DNA of 64,000 nt from Nemertoderma westbladi (Eukaryota; Animalia; Xenacoelomorpha), in assembly GCA_032718475.1 (NCBI GenBank), contig JAUCBJ010009036.1:1-64000 (forward strand), written 5' to 3'. Under the pieces are notes generated by a model, which worked only from the letters and a program-made list of their open reading frames with translations, did no database searches and was not told where the DNA came from. Position numbers and translations under genes: made by a program. Of this stretch, positions 29,215-42,200 are shown piece after piece. Each line of letters opens with the position of its first letter. The first letter of the stretch is position 1.

Positions 29215-30227
29215 CTAAATTTTTTTACATATTTAATTACAATAACACAAAGTATTTACTTTCAGTTTAATTGTTCGAGAAAACCCCGTAATTTACAGTA
29301 AACATAGAATCAGTACAGTAATAATTAGGTCTTTAGCCTCGGAATAAACATTGAACAGATGCGACTTAGAGATGTTCTAGAATTATTAAATATTATACGT
29401 GATCACCTGAATCTAACACAGATCCTTACACAGTGTGTAAAGATCGGGCAACCGAGAGAGAAAGATACAATGTGATGCAAATAGAATTCAGATGTTATTC
29501 TAAAAAATATGTTACAGAACAAAACATATTCTTCTTTTTTTCTCTTTTCCCCAAAATCGGGACAAAAAGGAAACCTTTTTTCCCTAGGAATAAAGTAAAC
29601 CTTAGGATTGCGTTGATTTTACTTTTTTCCTGGCGAAATAAGAAACATAAAATATTTTTTCCTCGCTGGCGTTCGGTAAATAAAATACCTCGAGAATATT
29701 TTCCAAGTAATAAATAAAGATTTCTTCATGAACATTAAATTCTTCATTATAAATGTTCTAGAAGGTTTTCCATACAAGAATTTATGTTTATTTAATTTAT
29801 GATTAAAAGTTTTGTGTTGGTTAATACGTAACGAGTATATAAGGTAATAAACTAGGTAGATATCCTCCTTCCTGAAGTATCATATTCACTCCCCCCCATT
29901 TCTGGGTTTTTTTTTCAGTTTAAAATTTAATTTAATTTAATAATAAATAAAATTCTAGAATTTAGATGTTTTTTGTTACTGAAACACGAAGTGGTGGAAC
30001 AAATATTTAAATAATATCTTATTATATTGTTCTAGAACGACGAGGTATTAATAATATCTAAATTACGAAAACTATGTGGAACATAAATACTTTATATCCC
30101 TTTACCAACCCAATGAAGTATAAATTGGGAACAGTAATAATATTTCGGAATCATATTGATGTAGATAAAAATACAAGTAATAAGAAATACTTAGATAACT
30201 AGAACGCTATAATTATAAATAGAATAC

Positions 30228-30397
30228 CTGTCTAATTTACTTTCAGTTTGCCAATGACTTGTGTCCCCGGACTGTAACTTAGCTCTCAACCTCAGAATCT
30301 CCTGGTAGAAGACCCCCATAGCGCCTCGCTGTTCCTCAACTTTGGTGGTTTTAATATCGTCATTAAAACGTCTCAACTGAAAATCTTTATCTTTTAC
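30228..30397 (-). CDS. IQCE: IQCE-like gene, coding exon 3 (170 bp, phase 0 to 2)
   Basis: TTTTAAG|GTAAAA acceptor, CAG|GTATTC donor. VKDKDFQLRRFNDDIKTTKVEEQRGAMGVFYQEILRL parallels IQCE CKEKDGTISKLQTDMKTTNLEEMRIAMETYYEEVHRL. Confidence 0.88.
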
Positions 30398-30936
30398 CTT
30401 AAAATTATTAAATTTAAATAATAAATTTAATAAATTAAATTTATTAACTTGTTATTGACTCGATGAAGTTGTTACTTATAATTATCAAACGCGTGGTTTT
30501 ATTCGGCGGGTTCTATTACTTTATACGACAGGTAAAACTACTTTATATGACCCGTATAAATGCTTTATACGACGTTTTATCCGATTGGGATTATATTACT
30601 TAAACGTCTATAGAAGGCTTATAGATATTGTCCGGTTGTCCCAATTATAAACGTCGCTATTTTCTCTCTGTAATAATTTAAAAAAATGAACTAAAATTAT
30701 TTTTCGAAAACGATTTTTATTTTTATTTATTTTTATCAAATTGCATCAAATTGTATCTCATCAGACAGATAAACCTAAACCTCGCTTCGCTCTGTAAATA
30801 AAATATAACATAGTGAAAATTATGTTCTACATTATTTACCTTCTTTAAATACCAAATAGGGTAGATAAATGATATTTATTATATTGTACAATGTAATTAA
30901 TTAATTACACCAATAATCAATTAATAACCAATTAAC

Positions 30937-31248
30937 CTGTAACTCCAGCTGCAGTATTTTGTGTCTGAGACTTCCCAGTACGGCCGCGCTGTCGGCCTTC
31001 CGGTCCCCCATACTCCGTCGCATGTCCTCGTCCTTCCCCGGGTCCAACAACCCCACCAACTGTCTGTCCTTCTTCAACCCCTCCTCCTCCACCCGCCTAC
31101 ACCGCGCCTTCAACCGGTTGTTATCGTTAGTGACACTCACGACGGTTTTCTTTAGGTCCAGTATCTCGTCGTACATGTCTTCCTGAGACTTATACGCCGG
31201 GCTGCTAGGTAGCACGCCGGTTGTTATAGCAACCGGCTGTGGGTGCGT
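30937..31248 (-). CDS. IQCE: IQCE-like gene, coding exon 2 (104 codons)
   Basis: GTTTAG|ACG acceptor, CAG|GTTAAT donor. YKSQEDMYDEILDLKK...RCRRVEEEGLKKDRQLVGLLDPGK...LRHKILQLELQ matches my recollection of human IQCE (YREKEDMYDEIIELKK...LRRLEEENSRKDRQIEQLLDPSR...LKQRILKLEQQ). Confidence 0.9.
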
Positions 31249-31724
31249 CTAAACAACAACAACAACAACCAATCATAATCCTTATATTTGTATAGTTCCT
31301 TGTGTAACTGAACCCCCCCCCCCCTCCCCTTCCCCCCGATTTGTAACCCAGTTTTGGTTTTTCACAATAACTCTGCCACCGATGAGAAGGTGGCTTTCCA
31401 AGGACCCCAAATCGGTAAACAATATATAAATATCGTTGTTTTTCCGCCCGGAGTGATGCTATTTAGATAAACAAACCGCTATAAACTATAAGCTTGAACT
31501 CTCTTTAAGGAAAATTAATAGTTGAATGGGATAAACGATCTCAGTCGTAAATAATCACATCAATTTGGAATCGTTGTAAAACCCAGATTTCCAGTTTCCT
31601 AAGTAATAATAGATAGCTAGGGTTCAACAGGTACAATAGTTGTGGTTGATTGAGTAAGTAGATTTATTAAACGTTTGTAGCTAATAATTTATTGAAAGCC
31701 TAAAAAATTCTGACCCACCAATTA

Positions 31725-33260
31725 TTAACGGAGGCATGACGACCTACTATAGATACGACCCGCCAAGCTGCTGGACCTACTATAGATACGACCCGCCAAG
31801 CTGCTGGACCTACTATAGATACGACCCGCCAAGCTGCTGGACCTACTATAGATACGACCCGCCAAGCTGCTGGACCTACTATAGATACGACCCGCCAAGC
31901 TGCTGCAGAGCCCCTAAATTTAGTGGGCCAGTTATTTCTCTTAGGTAGAATCCCTGAAACAATATGTCAGGCACGTCGAAAGTACTCGTCCCTAACTAAA
32001 ATTATATCCTCTTTCAGATGAGACAAATAAAAATTTAATAGCTCCAGTAGTTTTCGAGATATGAGGAGTTCCTGGCACCCATACCATTTCGGAACCTTTC
32101 GGAATTGATTAAATTACACAAAATACATCACCCTACAATGACTTTGGTATAACCATGAAACCATACTAGGCTTTATTGGTTTGTTGAATTCATTATTAGT
32201 AATCGAAAGTAAGATTAGAAGCAAAATTTTCATTTTTTTATCAATATATACTAAAAGAGCACCAAAAGTGCAAGTAGCACTTTTTTTTAAAACTTGGTAA
32301 ATTGGCCATACAGTTTGGCTACTGAGGTTTTAGAATTTGTTGATTTAATTGGCAAGGTTTATTCCTCTACATCAAACATATCGAAGAGTTGTGTAATATA
32401 ACAACATGGCACAAAAATTGGGTTTGCACATACCAGAAATATTTATAACTACTTTCATCGCGATCAGCTACTTCGAAAACCCGTATACGTTAAGAATTAT
32501 CAAACCAAACACAAAATGTTTAGTTTGACAAAATCAGAAAATAGCACCAAAAATGATTGATGCATTGCCAGAAAATTTAAATTTGCCAGAAAGTTTGACA
32601 TGTTTTATCGTGATCAGCGTCATCGAAATCCCTCATACCATCAAAATTGTAATTTTTGAGCCAAGATCTAAAAAAACCTTAATTCTAAAGTAACCCCCCC
32701 CCCCTGGTTGGCACTTAGAATTTTCGACTGAAACATTGGCCATTTTTGAAAATACCTCAATTTTATAAACCTTGCCAATTAAATCAGCACATTCTAAAAC
32801 CTCAGTAGCCAAACTATACGGCCAAATTACCACTTTTGGCTATTTGAAAATTTCGAGCTACTTGTAATTTTGGTGCTCTTTTGGTGTCTATTATAAAATA
32901 AACAATGAAGATTTTATTCTGAATTCGCTTTCGATTACTAAAAATTAATTCGATTAACGAAAAAAGCATAATATGGTTTAATGGTTATACCAAAGTCTTG
33001 AAGGGTTATGTATTTTGAGTAATTTTATCAACTCCGAAAAGTGCTGAAATGGTATCCTCACATCTCGAAAACTACTGGAGCTATTAAAGTTTTATTTGTC
33101 TCATCTGAAAGAGGATATAATTTTAGTTAGGGGCGAGTACTTTTGGCGCGCTAGACATATTGTTTAAGGGATTCTATCTAAGAGAAATAACTGGCCCACT
33201 AAATTTAGGGGCTTTGCAGAAGCTTGGCAGGTCGTATCTATAGTAGGTCATGGGTTCCGT
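31725..33260. mobile_element. Non-autonomous foldback/MITE-like DNA element with ~500-bp inverted arms, in IQCE intron 1
   Basis: Left arm ~31873-32362 is the reverse complement of ~32765-33250 (GCCCCTAAATTTAGTGGGCCAGTTATTTCTCTTAG vs CTAAGAGAAATAACTGGCCCACTAAATTTAGGGGC; ATTTAATTGGCAAGGTTTAT vs ATAAACCTTGCCAATTAAAT). No ORF. Confidence 0.85.
31741..31905. repeat. 33-bp tandem repeat x5 (GACCTACTATAGATACGACCCGCCAAGCTGCTG) at the left end of the foldback element
   Basis: Direct reading. Confidence 0.95.
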
Positions 33261-33602
33261 ATCTATAGTAGGTCATGGGTTCCGTATCTATAGTAGGTCA
33301 TGGGTTCCGTATCTATAGTAGGTCATGGGTTCCGTATCTATAGTAGGTCATGGGTTCCGTATCTATAGTAGGTCATGGGTTCCGTATCTATAGTAGGTCA
33401 TGGGTTCCGTATCTGTAGTTGGTCATGGGTTCCGTATCTATAGTAGGTCATGGGTTCCGTATCTATAGTAGGTCATGGGTTCCGTATCTATAGTAGGTCA
33501 TGGGTTCCGTATCTATAGTAGGTCATGGGTTCCGTATCTATAGTAGGTCATGGGTTCCGTATCTATAGTAGGTCATGGGTTCCGTATCTATAGTAGGTCA
33601 TG
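33234..33602. repeat. 25-bp tandem repeat x ~14.5 (CGTATCTATAGTAGGTCATGGGTTC) at the right end of the foldback element
   Basis: Direct reading; two units per 50 nt. Confidence 0.95.
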
Positions 33603-33859
33603 ATGGAGGTGAAACAAACTGTTTCAAATTCCACGTGAAAATAATTGTTATATAATTTGGTGGCCAAGTGAAGTGAAGAATACCGGACATTCTGCCGTTA
33701 TATTTCACTTTGCAGTTAACCCCATGTGAAGAATACCAGGTTTTCACTAAAACCACAGGTTTCAGAAGGGATAAATCTAACCAAAACAATAAACAAATTA
33801 GTATCTATCTGGGGCTGGTAGGGGGTGGGGCTGGGGGGGGGGGGGCTGGGGTGGGGTGG

Positions 33860-34426
33860 AGTAAGGGAAAGGCATGGGCAGCCTTGAATAGGCTTTCCAG
33901 GATTTGGAAGTCACCGAGAATTAATCGCAAACTTAAGGTCCGCTTATTTAGAGCAGCAGTAGTTCCAGTACTCTTCTACGGGAGTCCATGGTGGGCTCTA
34001 ATTGCTGAGGACACCAAATCTCTGGATGGCACATTCACAAGAATGCTACGCCGGGTTCATTGTTTCAAGTACAATGCACACATCTCCAACCAGACACTAT
34101 ATAACATTGGAGGTGTCTCATTGGTTCCACCAGGCTTGACACTAGAACAAAGCCGCCACCGCTTTGCAGGACATTGCTTTAGCCGTGAGGACCAGCCAGT
34201 GCATAATCTTGTACTTTGGCAGCCTCATGGAGTGAATAAGGATGCTGGATAGCCCATGACTTTCGTGAGACGCCTCTCAAAGGACACTGGCCTTGAAGAT
34301 GCGGATGATCTAGCAAATGTCATGGGTGATAGGGAGCTGTGGCGGCGAAATTTTGTCGACAAGCCGGCACAGCCTTCTTAAAAATGCAGCTGCAATGCAG
34401 CATGCCGATCATAGTAGTAGTAGTAG
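33860..34426 (+). mobile_element. 5'-truncated RTE-clade LINE (ORF2 C-terminus, 3' UTR and (TAG)n tail)
   Basis: KAWAALNRLSRIWKS...LKVRLFRAAVVPVLFYGS..W...LDGTFTRMLRRV...RFAGHC.SREDQPVHNLVLWQP is the RTE ORF2 C-terminal pattern. Ends in TAGTAGTAGTAGTAG. Confidence 0.9.
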
Positions 34427-34513
34427 GGGGGAATGAGCTTGGGGAGGAGGGGGGGGGGGGGGGGGTGTTGATATCTCAGTAATTGTTTTTGAGATATTTC
34501 TATTTATACGCAC

Positions 34514-34945
34514 CGGTGAGTAACTTGACTCCATTGTCAACTCGCTGCTCGCTATGGTGGATGCGGCGTCTCGGGACATCTTCTTACGGAGGTACGGCGT
34601 CAACGTCTGCCCGGGGGTCGCGGGGGCGACGCCCATCGGAGCGTAGTTGGTGCTGAGATTCCCGGTTCCGTCCCGTAAGGATCGCAGGTAATTCTGTCGG
34701 AGTTGGTAGACCTTGCCGGATTCCATGTTCCGCGTCGGTTGAGAGAAGCCGCCCGTTGCTAGGGAGACGGTCTGTCCGTAGGGCGCCCCCTTGCGTTTAG
34801 TTACGGCATTGGGTTTAATGCGTTTGTTGCGTCGGCCTTTACGGGGGGAGAGTTGGCGAGAAAGTTCCGACGGAATAGAACGCCCCGATACAACCGACTC
34901 GCGTTCCGTGTTCGTCTGGTCCGTGTAATACGTTCGCGACGGCAT
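34514..34945 (-). CDS. IQCE: IQCE-like gene, first coding exon (low-complexity basic N-terminus, 144 codons)
   Basis: ATG at 34945, preceded by an acceptor (TTCTACTCTCAG, exon start 34978). Donor CCG|GTGCGT at 34514, phase 0, joins in frame to the IQCE-like exon. Assignment rests on splice phase rather than sequence similarity. Confidence 0.7.
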
Positions 34946-35369
34946 TGTTCTAGAATAGTAGCAATATATATTCTGGAACTGAGAGTAGAAGTATGAGTAA
35001 CTGGTAGGTATACTTTGCTATAACTGGATATATTCTAAAACACGGAATAATATACCCGTAGTAGTATCAGTACATTCTCTAGAATATACACGAATGACAA
35101 TCAAAAAAAGAAAGAAGATCAAAGGTATACAAAGGTAGATAGTAATATACTGTAGATATCGCAAAAAGGGACATCACCTGTACGGAAAAGATATAGTATT
35201 ACAGAAACACCGACACCGACACCGACACACCGGTTAGGCCTATATAAATTCTAGGGGAATCTTAACGCAAGTAAATTAAATCTTCTCCTGGCTGAATAAG
35301 ATCAAAATGCCCCAGGCTGCAACGGCAGAACGGGTCTTTCGACACAATCAAAATGCAACCCTTACCAAG

Positions 35370-35551
35370 GGAAAATCGACGCAAATAACAGTTGATTACT
35401 CCCTAAAATAAAACTAAAATCTGTTCTATTGACTTCCGTTTATTAACATACCGGTACCGGTAATCATACCGGCACACCCTTCAATGAATTGAAAATTTAA
35501 CATTGAAACGAGCAAATAATTCGCCGAGATGGGATTTGCGTCAAATTTTCC
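35370..35551. mobile_element. Small MITE-like element, copy 1
   Basis: Imperfect terminal inverted repeats GGAAAATCGACGCAAAT / ATTTGCGTCAAATTTTCC. A related copy lies at ~36113-36299. Confidence 0.55.
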
Positions 35552-35886
35552 TACCTGTCTTCCATCAAACTTATGGCTATGTTAAAATGTAATTAACCCA
35601 AATCATAGACTGCTAACCTATACCGGTAGGCACTGATATACAATCCGTGCTATTGCTAAATACACAAAATCCATTCTAAAAGATGGAAATTCCATTCTTA
35701 CGCTATTTGGCTTAGGCCTACTGTTTATTTACGGTACCAGTACCGGCAGTGCAATGTGTAAGGCTGCAAGTTTACAGTAGTAGTGTGCTGGGAGGCCTAC
35801 CGGTACAACAAACAACTTAAAATACAACAACATTGAATCTGAATTTTGAACAGGAAATGTCATAAATTCCAATGTTATTATTATAG

Positions 35887-35920
35887 GTTGCTAGGAGATT
35901 TAAGCATGACAACCAATCAG
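35887..35920. promoter_or_regulatory. Candidate RFX X-box (GTTGCTAGGAGAT) next to a CCAAT box, ~0.95 kb upstream of the IQCE-like ATG
   Basis: Motif resemblance only. RFX X-boxes are typical of ciliary gene promoters. Confidence 0.3.
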
Positions 35921-36112
35921 AACATAGAATCTCACCTTTATTAACTAATCCCAATCCACAGCCTGAGTGTGTGTAAAGATTACTATGCAGCCAATGCGAT
36001 ATTATGTAGAATTGTCCGACAATGTAGTGTTAATTAACCAGATAGGGGGCGATGATACATGATGAGGGGGCAGATAGGATACTGGACGCAATAAAAATTC
36101 ATCCCACTCCTG

Positions 36113-36299
36113 GGGAAATTCGACGCAAATAACAGCTGATTACTCTCAATAATAAAACTGTAACCTGTTCTATTGTGTTTAGTTTATTGTTTTGGTTAAA
36201 AAAAACGTGCCACTGTAACCTGCTCCTTTCCCTAAATTGAGAATTTAACATTGATGCGGGATATTAATTCGCCAAGGCGGGTTGTGCGTCGAGTTATTC
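36113..36299. mobile_element. Small MITE-like element, copy 2
   Basis: Shares CGACGCAAATAACAGxTGATTACTC, CTGTTCTATTG and AATTTAACATTGA..AATTCGCC with 35370-35551. Confidence 0.5.
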
Positions 36300-36817
36300 G
36301 GCATACATACCCCTCCCCCCAATTTGTCTGCAAATCTTATGAGATTGCATGAAATTTCAAACCGAGGTAGTTCTACCCACCCCCCCCCCCCCACACCTTG
36401 CTGGGTGAGCCATAGTTTCGTTTCGTTTTCAATCTTTAGCTATAAGCGTCTGAAAAAAGTGTTTCCGGCGAAATTGCACCAGTTACAACAGTTTATTCTT
36501 CACCCTTATAGTGATTTGTTAGTACTACTGTATATAAAAAGCTAGCTGTGCAAGGATTCCAAATATAAAAAATCTGAATTTTTTCACAAAATGGTTGAGA
36601 TATGAGCATATAAAAGTAGCAAGGTTTTGCATTTAATAAATACACAAATATTCTGAAACATTTAGTTAATGTATGAATATCTATGTAATATAATGATTAA
36701 GGAGATATTGCATTGTTTCCCAGCTACGTATTGGATAAACAAAATGTTCCAGAATATAATCTGGCCCTTTACTTATTTTATTAAATATAATAAAATAGTC
36801 TCAGCAGATGCACAATT

Positions 36818-37756
36818 TTGCACATTTTTAATGCCCGCAACTCCGCTATGTTTCAACGAAATGCAGATTGTCTTACATATCTGAAATTCTTGCTTAAGCA
36901 GCTTTTTAAGTACCAACAAATCACGTGTGATTGTCAAATCGGCTCCGGTGCTAATAAGCACAAGCGAACTGCACGTTCTGGAACTCTGGGTTTGAGAAGA
37001 GTTGACGAGGTTTGGCAGATTCTCGAATTCATTTACTCTCGAAGTTCGAATGCGTACAGCACATTTGTTGCTAGGCGACATTGTTGGGGTGCAAGGCAAT
37101 GGATCCAGAGTCGACTGGTACAATTTTATTAGAGAATTAATTAATGTACCGCGATCAAGAGGAGTCCGAGCCAATGGGTGGACTAGGACATATTGTCCAA
37201 ATCGACGAGACGATATTACGGGGAAAACGCAAGAAGAGCACCAACAAACGAGGTCGTTGGCTTGGTGCGGGGACCACTTCCGCCATCCCGATCTAATTAT
37301 GGGACGACAGTGGATGGGCCGTGGGTGTTTGGACTGATGGAAACCTCCAGACAATAAAGTCGACATTCGCCTCTACCACGTTTTGCATCGTGATGTGGAC
37401 ACCCTCCGCCCGGTGGAACCAAGAAAATCCGACGATTGGTCTGCTTATTGCGGTGTGAATGTTGGCATAACAAACGCCACCAGCCCGTGGTATGCTACCA
37501 ATGGAACAGGGACCTACCCTACACCCTACACTACATACAGACAGTAAAACCGTCAACCATTCGGTAGAGTAGGTGAGTGTGACAGGCACCCACACTCAAC
37601 GTATAGAGACGATGTAGGGCCACTTAAAGACGTCAGTCATCCGCAACAAGAAATGCACAACACCGCAACTTATTGCTGCATTTCGGTGGAGACTATTAAA
37701 TCGCGCCCGACCTTTCTCAAATCTCCTTGCACTTTACAAACGTTACTACCCTTGCT
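36818..37756 (+). mobile_element. Decayed Merlin/ISXO2 (IS1595-like) DDE transposase
   Basis: Frameshifted motifs VDWYNFIRE, GLGHIVQIDETILRGKRK, GPWVFGL, TVNHSVE*VSVTGTHTQRIETM*GHLK and AFRWR..PFSNLLALYKRYYPC. TIRs not identified. Confidence 0.88.
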
Positions 37757-38438
37757 TCCTATTGGCGATATCTCCTTTGCAGAAGTGAAGTTAATGCCCT
37801 TTGCATTAAGACCAATCGTGCCAGTGGAGTAGACGGTGTTCCCCCTGAGGTCTTTAAATTACCTGAGTTTTTAAAGCTCATCTATCCCATCATAGTAGAC
37901 ATGTACCGAACAACAAGAGTCCCACAAGAAATGAAAACAAATAAGTTGGTGCCAGTTCCAAAGAAGGGCAACCTAACTCTCTATGGTTCTTTTCGGGGAA
38001 TCTCATTGATCTCGATTGCTGCAAAGCTATACAATGGAATTCTATTAAATCGCATCAGGGATCCCATTGAGAAACTGCTCCGTGGAAATCAGAATGGGTT
38101 CCGTAAAGGTCGTGGGACCATGGAGCCCATTTTGGCACTTAGAAGGATAATCAAAATTATCAAAAAAGAAAGACGGGCATCTGGCTGTTATCTTTGTTGA
38201 CTTCTTCAAGGCCTTTGATTCAGTCTTCCGCTCACGTATGTTCAGCATACTTTCATTATATGAGATTCCTGATGAAATTATTGCAGCAATCAGCAAATCA
38301 TTGATCATGATCATGAATCATGATCTAGCAAATGTCATGGGTGATAGGGAGTTGTGGCTGCGCAATTTTGTCGACAAGCCGGCACAGCATTCTTAAAAAT
38401 GCAGCTGCTATGCAGCATGCCGATACTAGTAGAAGTAG
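37757..38438 (+). mobile_element. Internally deleted, 5'-truncated RTE LINE with 13-bp TSD
   Basis: RT N-terminal motifs ASGVDGVPPEVFK, VPVPKKGNL...FRGISL, NQNGFRKGR, FVDFFKAFDSV, then a jump to the same 3' end as the copy at 34306-34426. TSD TACTACCCTTGCT at 37744-37756 and 38439-38451. Confidence 0.9.
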
Positions 38439-39269
38439 TACTACCCTTGCTGAATGTCTATACATTAACCAACCCAAACGGCCATTTTCATTTTCAGGAC
38501 CAACATATGAAATAAAAAACCGTATCGTAACAGCTTCGTTAGCTTGTAATATTTTTTTTACCATAATATACCCCCCAGTCCGGGTAAATACAGTATTAAT
38601 TATAATATTGGAAATATATAGGTACAGTATAATGTAGTTAAGATTATGTACGCGCACAGTAAATCATAATTAAACTAATAGATTAAGCTAAATTATTACA
38701 TAAAAATTATTAGAATTAAGCTAGTAAATGCACACAGTTATTTATTATGGTTATTTATTAGTGTAATATTTATAATTTATTTATTTATTTATAATATTTA
38801 TTAGTGTAATAGTAATGTTTATAGCGTGTAATATAGATTACGGTAGGAATAATACCGCAATAATTTTTATTGTCCGTTTAAATGGTCCGTTCTTGGTGGT
38901 AACGAACACCATCCTGCAATGCTTTCCAACATTCAATCTCAGTCATCCCGCGTATTCTATCGTACTAACACACCCACGACAACTGCATCCCTTTCCTCTA
39001 CGAATCTGGAACTGGAAAACTCCATAGATTGCACGGATTGACTAAATTACTCACAAACAACAACGCCCATCAGCGCTGCTTGTAATGATATTGTTCATCA
39101 TATCCCTGTACCCACACTTAATGTTCTTGAGATACCCGGTCATGTACCTAATAGTAATATACCGTTACCCGTAGACATGATTTATAAAGATATTTTCGCA
39201 AATATATACCCACCAATCCCTTCAATCGGTAACGAACCAAATGCTAACGTACCTAATGTTTATCCCCTC

Positions 39270-42200
39270 GGGACACCCCGCAATGTACCTAATGTTAATG
39301 TTGTTGCGTCACCCGGCAATGTACCTAATGTTAATGTACCCAATGTTGTTGCGACACCCGGCATTGTACCTAATGTTAATGTACCCTGTGTTAATGTTGT
39401 TGCGACACCCGGCACTGTACCTACTGTTAATGTACCCAATGTTGTTGCGACACCTGGCACTGTACCTAATGTGAATGTACCAAATGTTAATGTTGTTGCG
39501 ACACCCGGCACTGTACCTAATGTTAATGTACCCAATGTTGTTACGACACCCGGCACTGTACCTACTTTTAATGTACCCAATGTTGTTGCGACACCCGGCA
39601 CTGTACCTAATGTGAATGTACCAAATGCTATTGTTGTTGCGACACCAGGCACTGTACCTAATGTGAATGTACCAAATGCTATTGTTGTTACGACACGCGG
39701 CAATGTACCTAATGTTAATGTACCCAATGTTGTTGCGACACCCAGCACTGTACCTAATGTTAATGTACCCAATGTTAATGTTGTTACGACACGCGGCAAT
39801 GTACCTAATGTTAATGTACCCAATGTTGTTGCGACACCCGGCACTGTACCTAATGTTAATGTACCCAATGTTGTTGCGACATCCGGCACTGTACCTAATG
39901 TTAATGTACCCAATGTTAATGTTGTTGCGACACGCGGCAATGTACCTAATGTTAATGTACCCTGTGCTAATGCTGTTGCGACACCCTGCACTGTACCTAA
40001 TGTTAATGTACCCTGTGTTAATGTTGTTGCGACACCCGGCACTGTACCGAATGTTAATGTACCCTGTGTTAATGTTGTTGCGACACCCGGCACTGTACCT
40101 AATGTAAATGTACCCAATGTTGTTGCGACACCCGGCATTGTACCTAATGTTAATGTACCCTGTGTTAATGTTGTTGCGACATCCGGCATTGTACCTAATG
40201 TTAATGTACCCTGTGTTAATGTTGTTGCGACATCCGGCACTGTACCCAATGTTAATATACCCAATGTTATTGCGACACCCGGCACTGTACCTAACGTGAA
40301 TGTACCAAATGCTATTGTTGTTGCGACACCCGGCACTGTACCTAATGTTAATGTACCAAATGCTGTTGCGACACCCGGCACTGTACCTACTGTTAATGTA
40401 CCCAATGTTGTTGCGACACCCGGCACTGTACCTAATGTTAATGTACCCAATGTTGTTGCGACACCCGGCACTGTACCTAATGTTAATGTACCCAATGTTG
40501 TTGTGTCACCCGGCACTGTACCTAATGTTAATGTACCCAATGTTGTTCCGACACCCGGCATTGTACCTAATGTTAATGTACCCAATGTTGTTAAGACACC
40601 CGGCATTGTACCTAATGTTAATGTACCCTGTGTTAATGTTGTTGCGACACCCGGCATTGTACCTAATGTTAATGTACCCTGTGTTAATGTTGTTGCGACA
40701 CCCGGCACTGTACCTACTGTTAAGGTGCCCAATGTTGTTGCGACACCCGGCAATGTACCTAATGTTAATGTACCCGATATTGTTGCGACACCCGGCACTG
40801 TACCTAATGTTAATGTACCCAATGTTGTTGCGACACCTGGCACTGTACCTAATGTGAATGTACCAAATGCTATTGTTGTTGCGACACCCGACACTGTACC
40901 TAATGTTAATGTCGTTGCGACACGCGGCAATGTACCTACTGTTAATGTACCCTGTGTTAATGTTGTTGCGACACCCGACACTGTACCTAATGTTAATGTT
41001 GTTGCGACACGCGGCAATGTACCTAATGTTAATGTACCCAATGTTATTGTTGTTGCGACACTCGGCACTGTGCCTAATGTTAATGTACCCAATGTTGTTG
41101 CGACACCCGGCACTGTACCTAATGTGAATGTACCAAATGCTATTGTTGTTGCTACACCCGGCATTGTAGCTAATGTTAATGTACCCTGTGATAATGCTGT
41201 TGCGACACCCTGCACTGTACCTAATGTTAATGTACCCTGTGTTAATGTTGTTGCGACACCCGGCACTGTACCGAATGTTAATGTACCCTGTGTTAATGTT
41301 GTTGCGACACCCGGCACTGTACCTAATGTAAATGTACCCAATGTTGTTGCGACACCCGGCATTGTACCTAATGTTAATGTACCCTGTGTTAATGTTGTTG
41401 CGACACCCGGCACTGTACCTAATGTTAATGTTGTTGCGACACGCGGCAATGTACCTAATGTTAATGTACCCAATGTTATTGTTGTTGCGACACTCGGCAC
41501 TGTACCTAATGTTAATGTACCCAATGTTGTTGCGACACCCGGCACTGTACCTAATGTGAATGTACCAAATGCTATTGTTGTTGCGACACCCGGCATTGTA
41601 GCTAATGTTAATGTACCCTGTGATAATGTTGATGCGACACCCGGCACTGTACCTACTGTTAATGTACCCAATGTTGTTGCGACACTCGGCACTGTACCTA
41701 ATGTTAATGTACCCAATGTTGTTGCGACACCCGGCACTGTACCTAATGTGAATGTACCAAATGCTATTGTTGTTGCGACACCCGGCATTGTACCTAATGT
41801 TAATATACCCTGTGCTAATGTTGATGCGACACCCGGCACTGTACCTACTGTTAATGTACCCAATGTTGTTGCGACACCCGGCAATGTACCTAATGTTAAT
41901 GCACCCAATGTTGTTGCGACACCCGGCACTGTTCCTACTGTTAATGTACCCTGAGTTAATGTTGATGCGACACCCGGCACTGTACCTACTGTTAATGTAC
42001 CCAATGTTGTGGCGACACCCGGCACTGTACCTAACGTGAATGTACCAAATGCTACTGTTGTTGCGACACCCGGCACTGTACCTAATGTTAATGTACCCTG
42101 TGTTAATGTTGTTGCGACACCCGGCACTGTACCTAATGTTAATGTACCAAATGCTGTTGCGACACCCGGCACTGTACCTAATGTTAATGTACCAAATATT

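Noticed and set aside
31736-31948. Secreted repeat peptide (YYRYDPPSCWT)n
   Set aside because: Translation of the 33-bp terminal repeat of the foldback element; no signal peptide; intronic.
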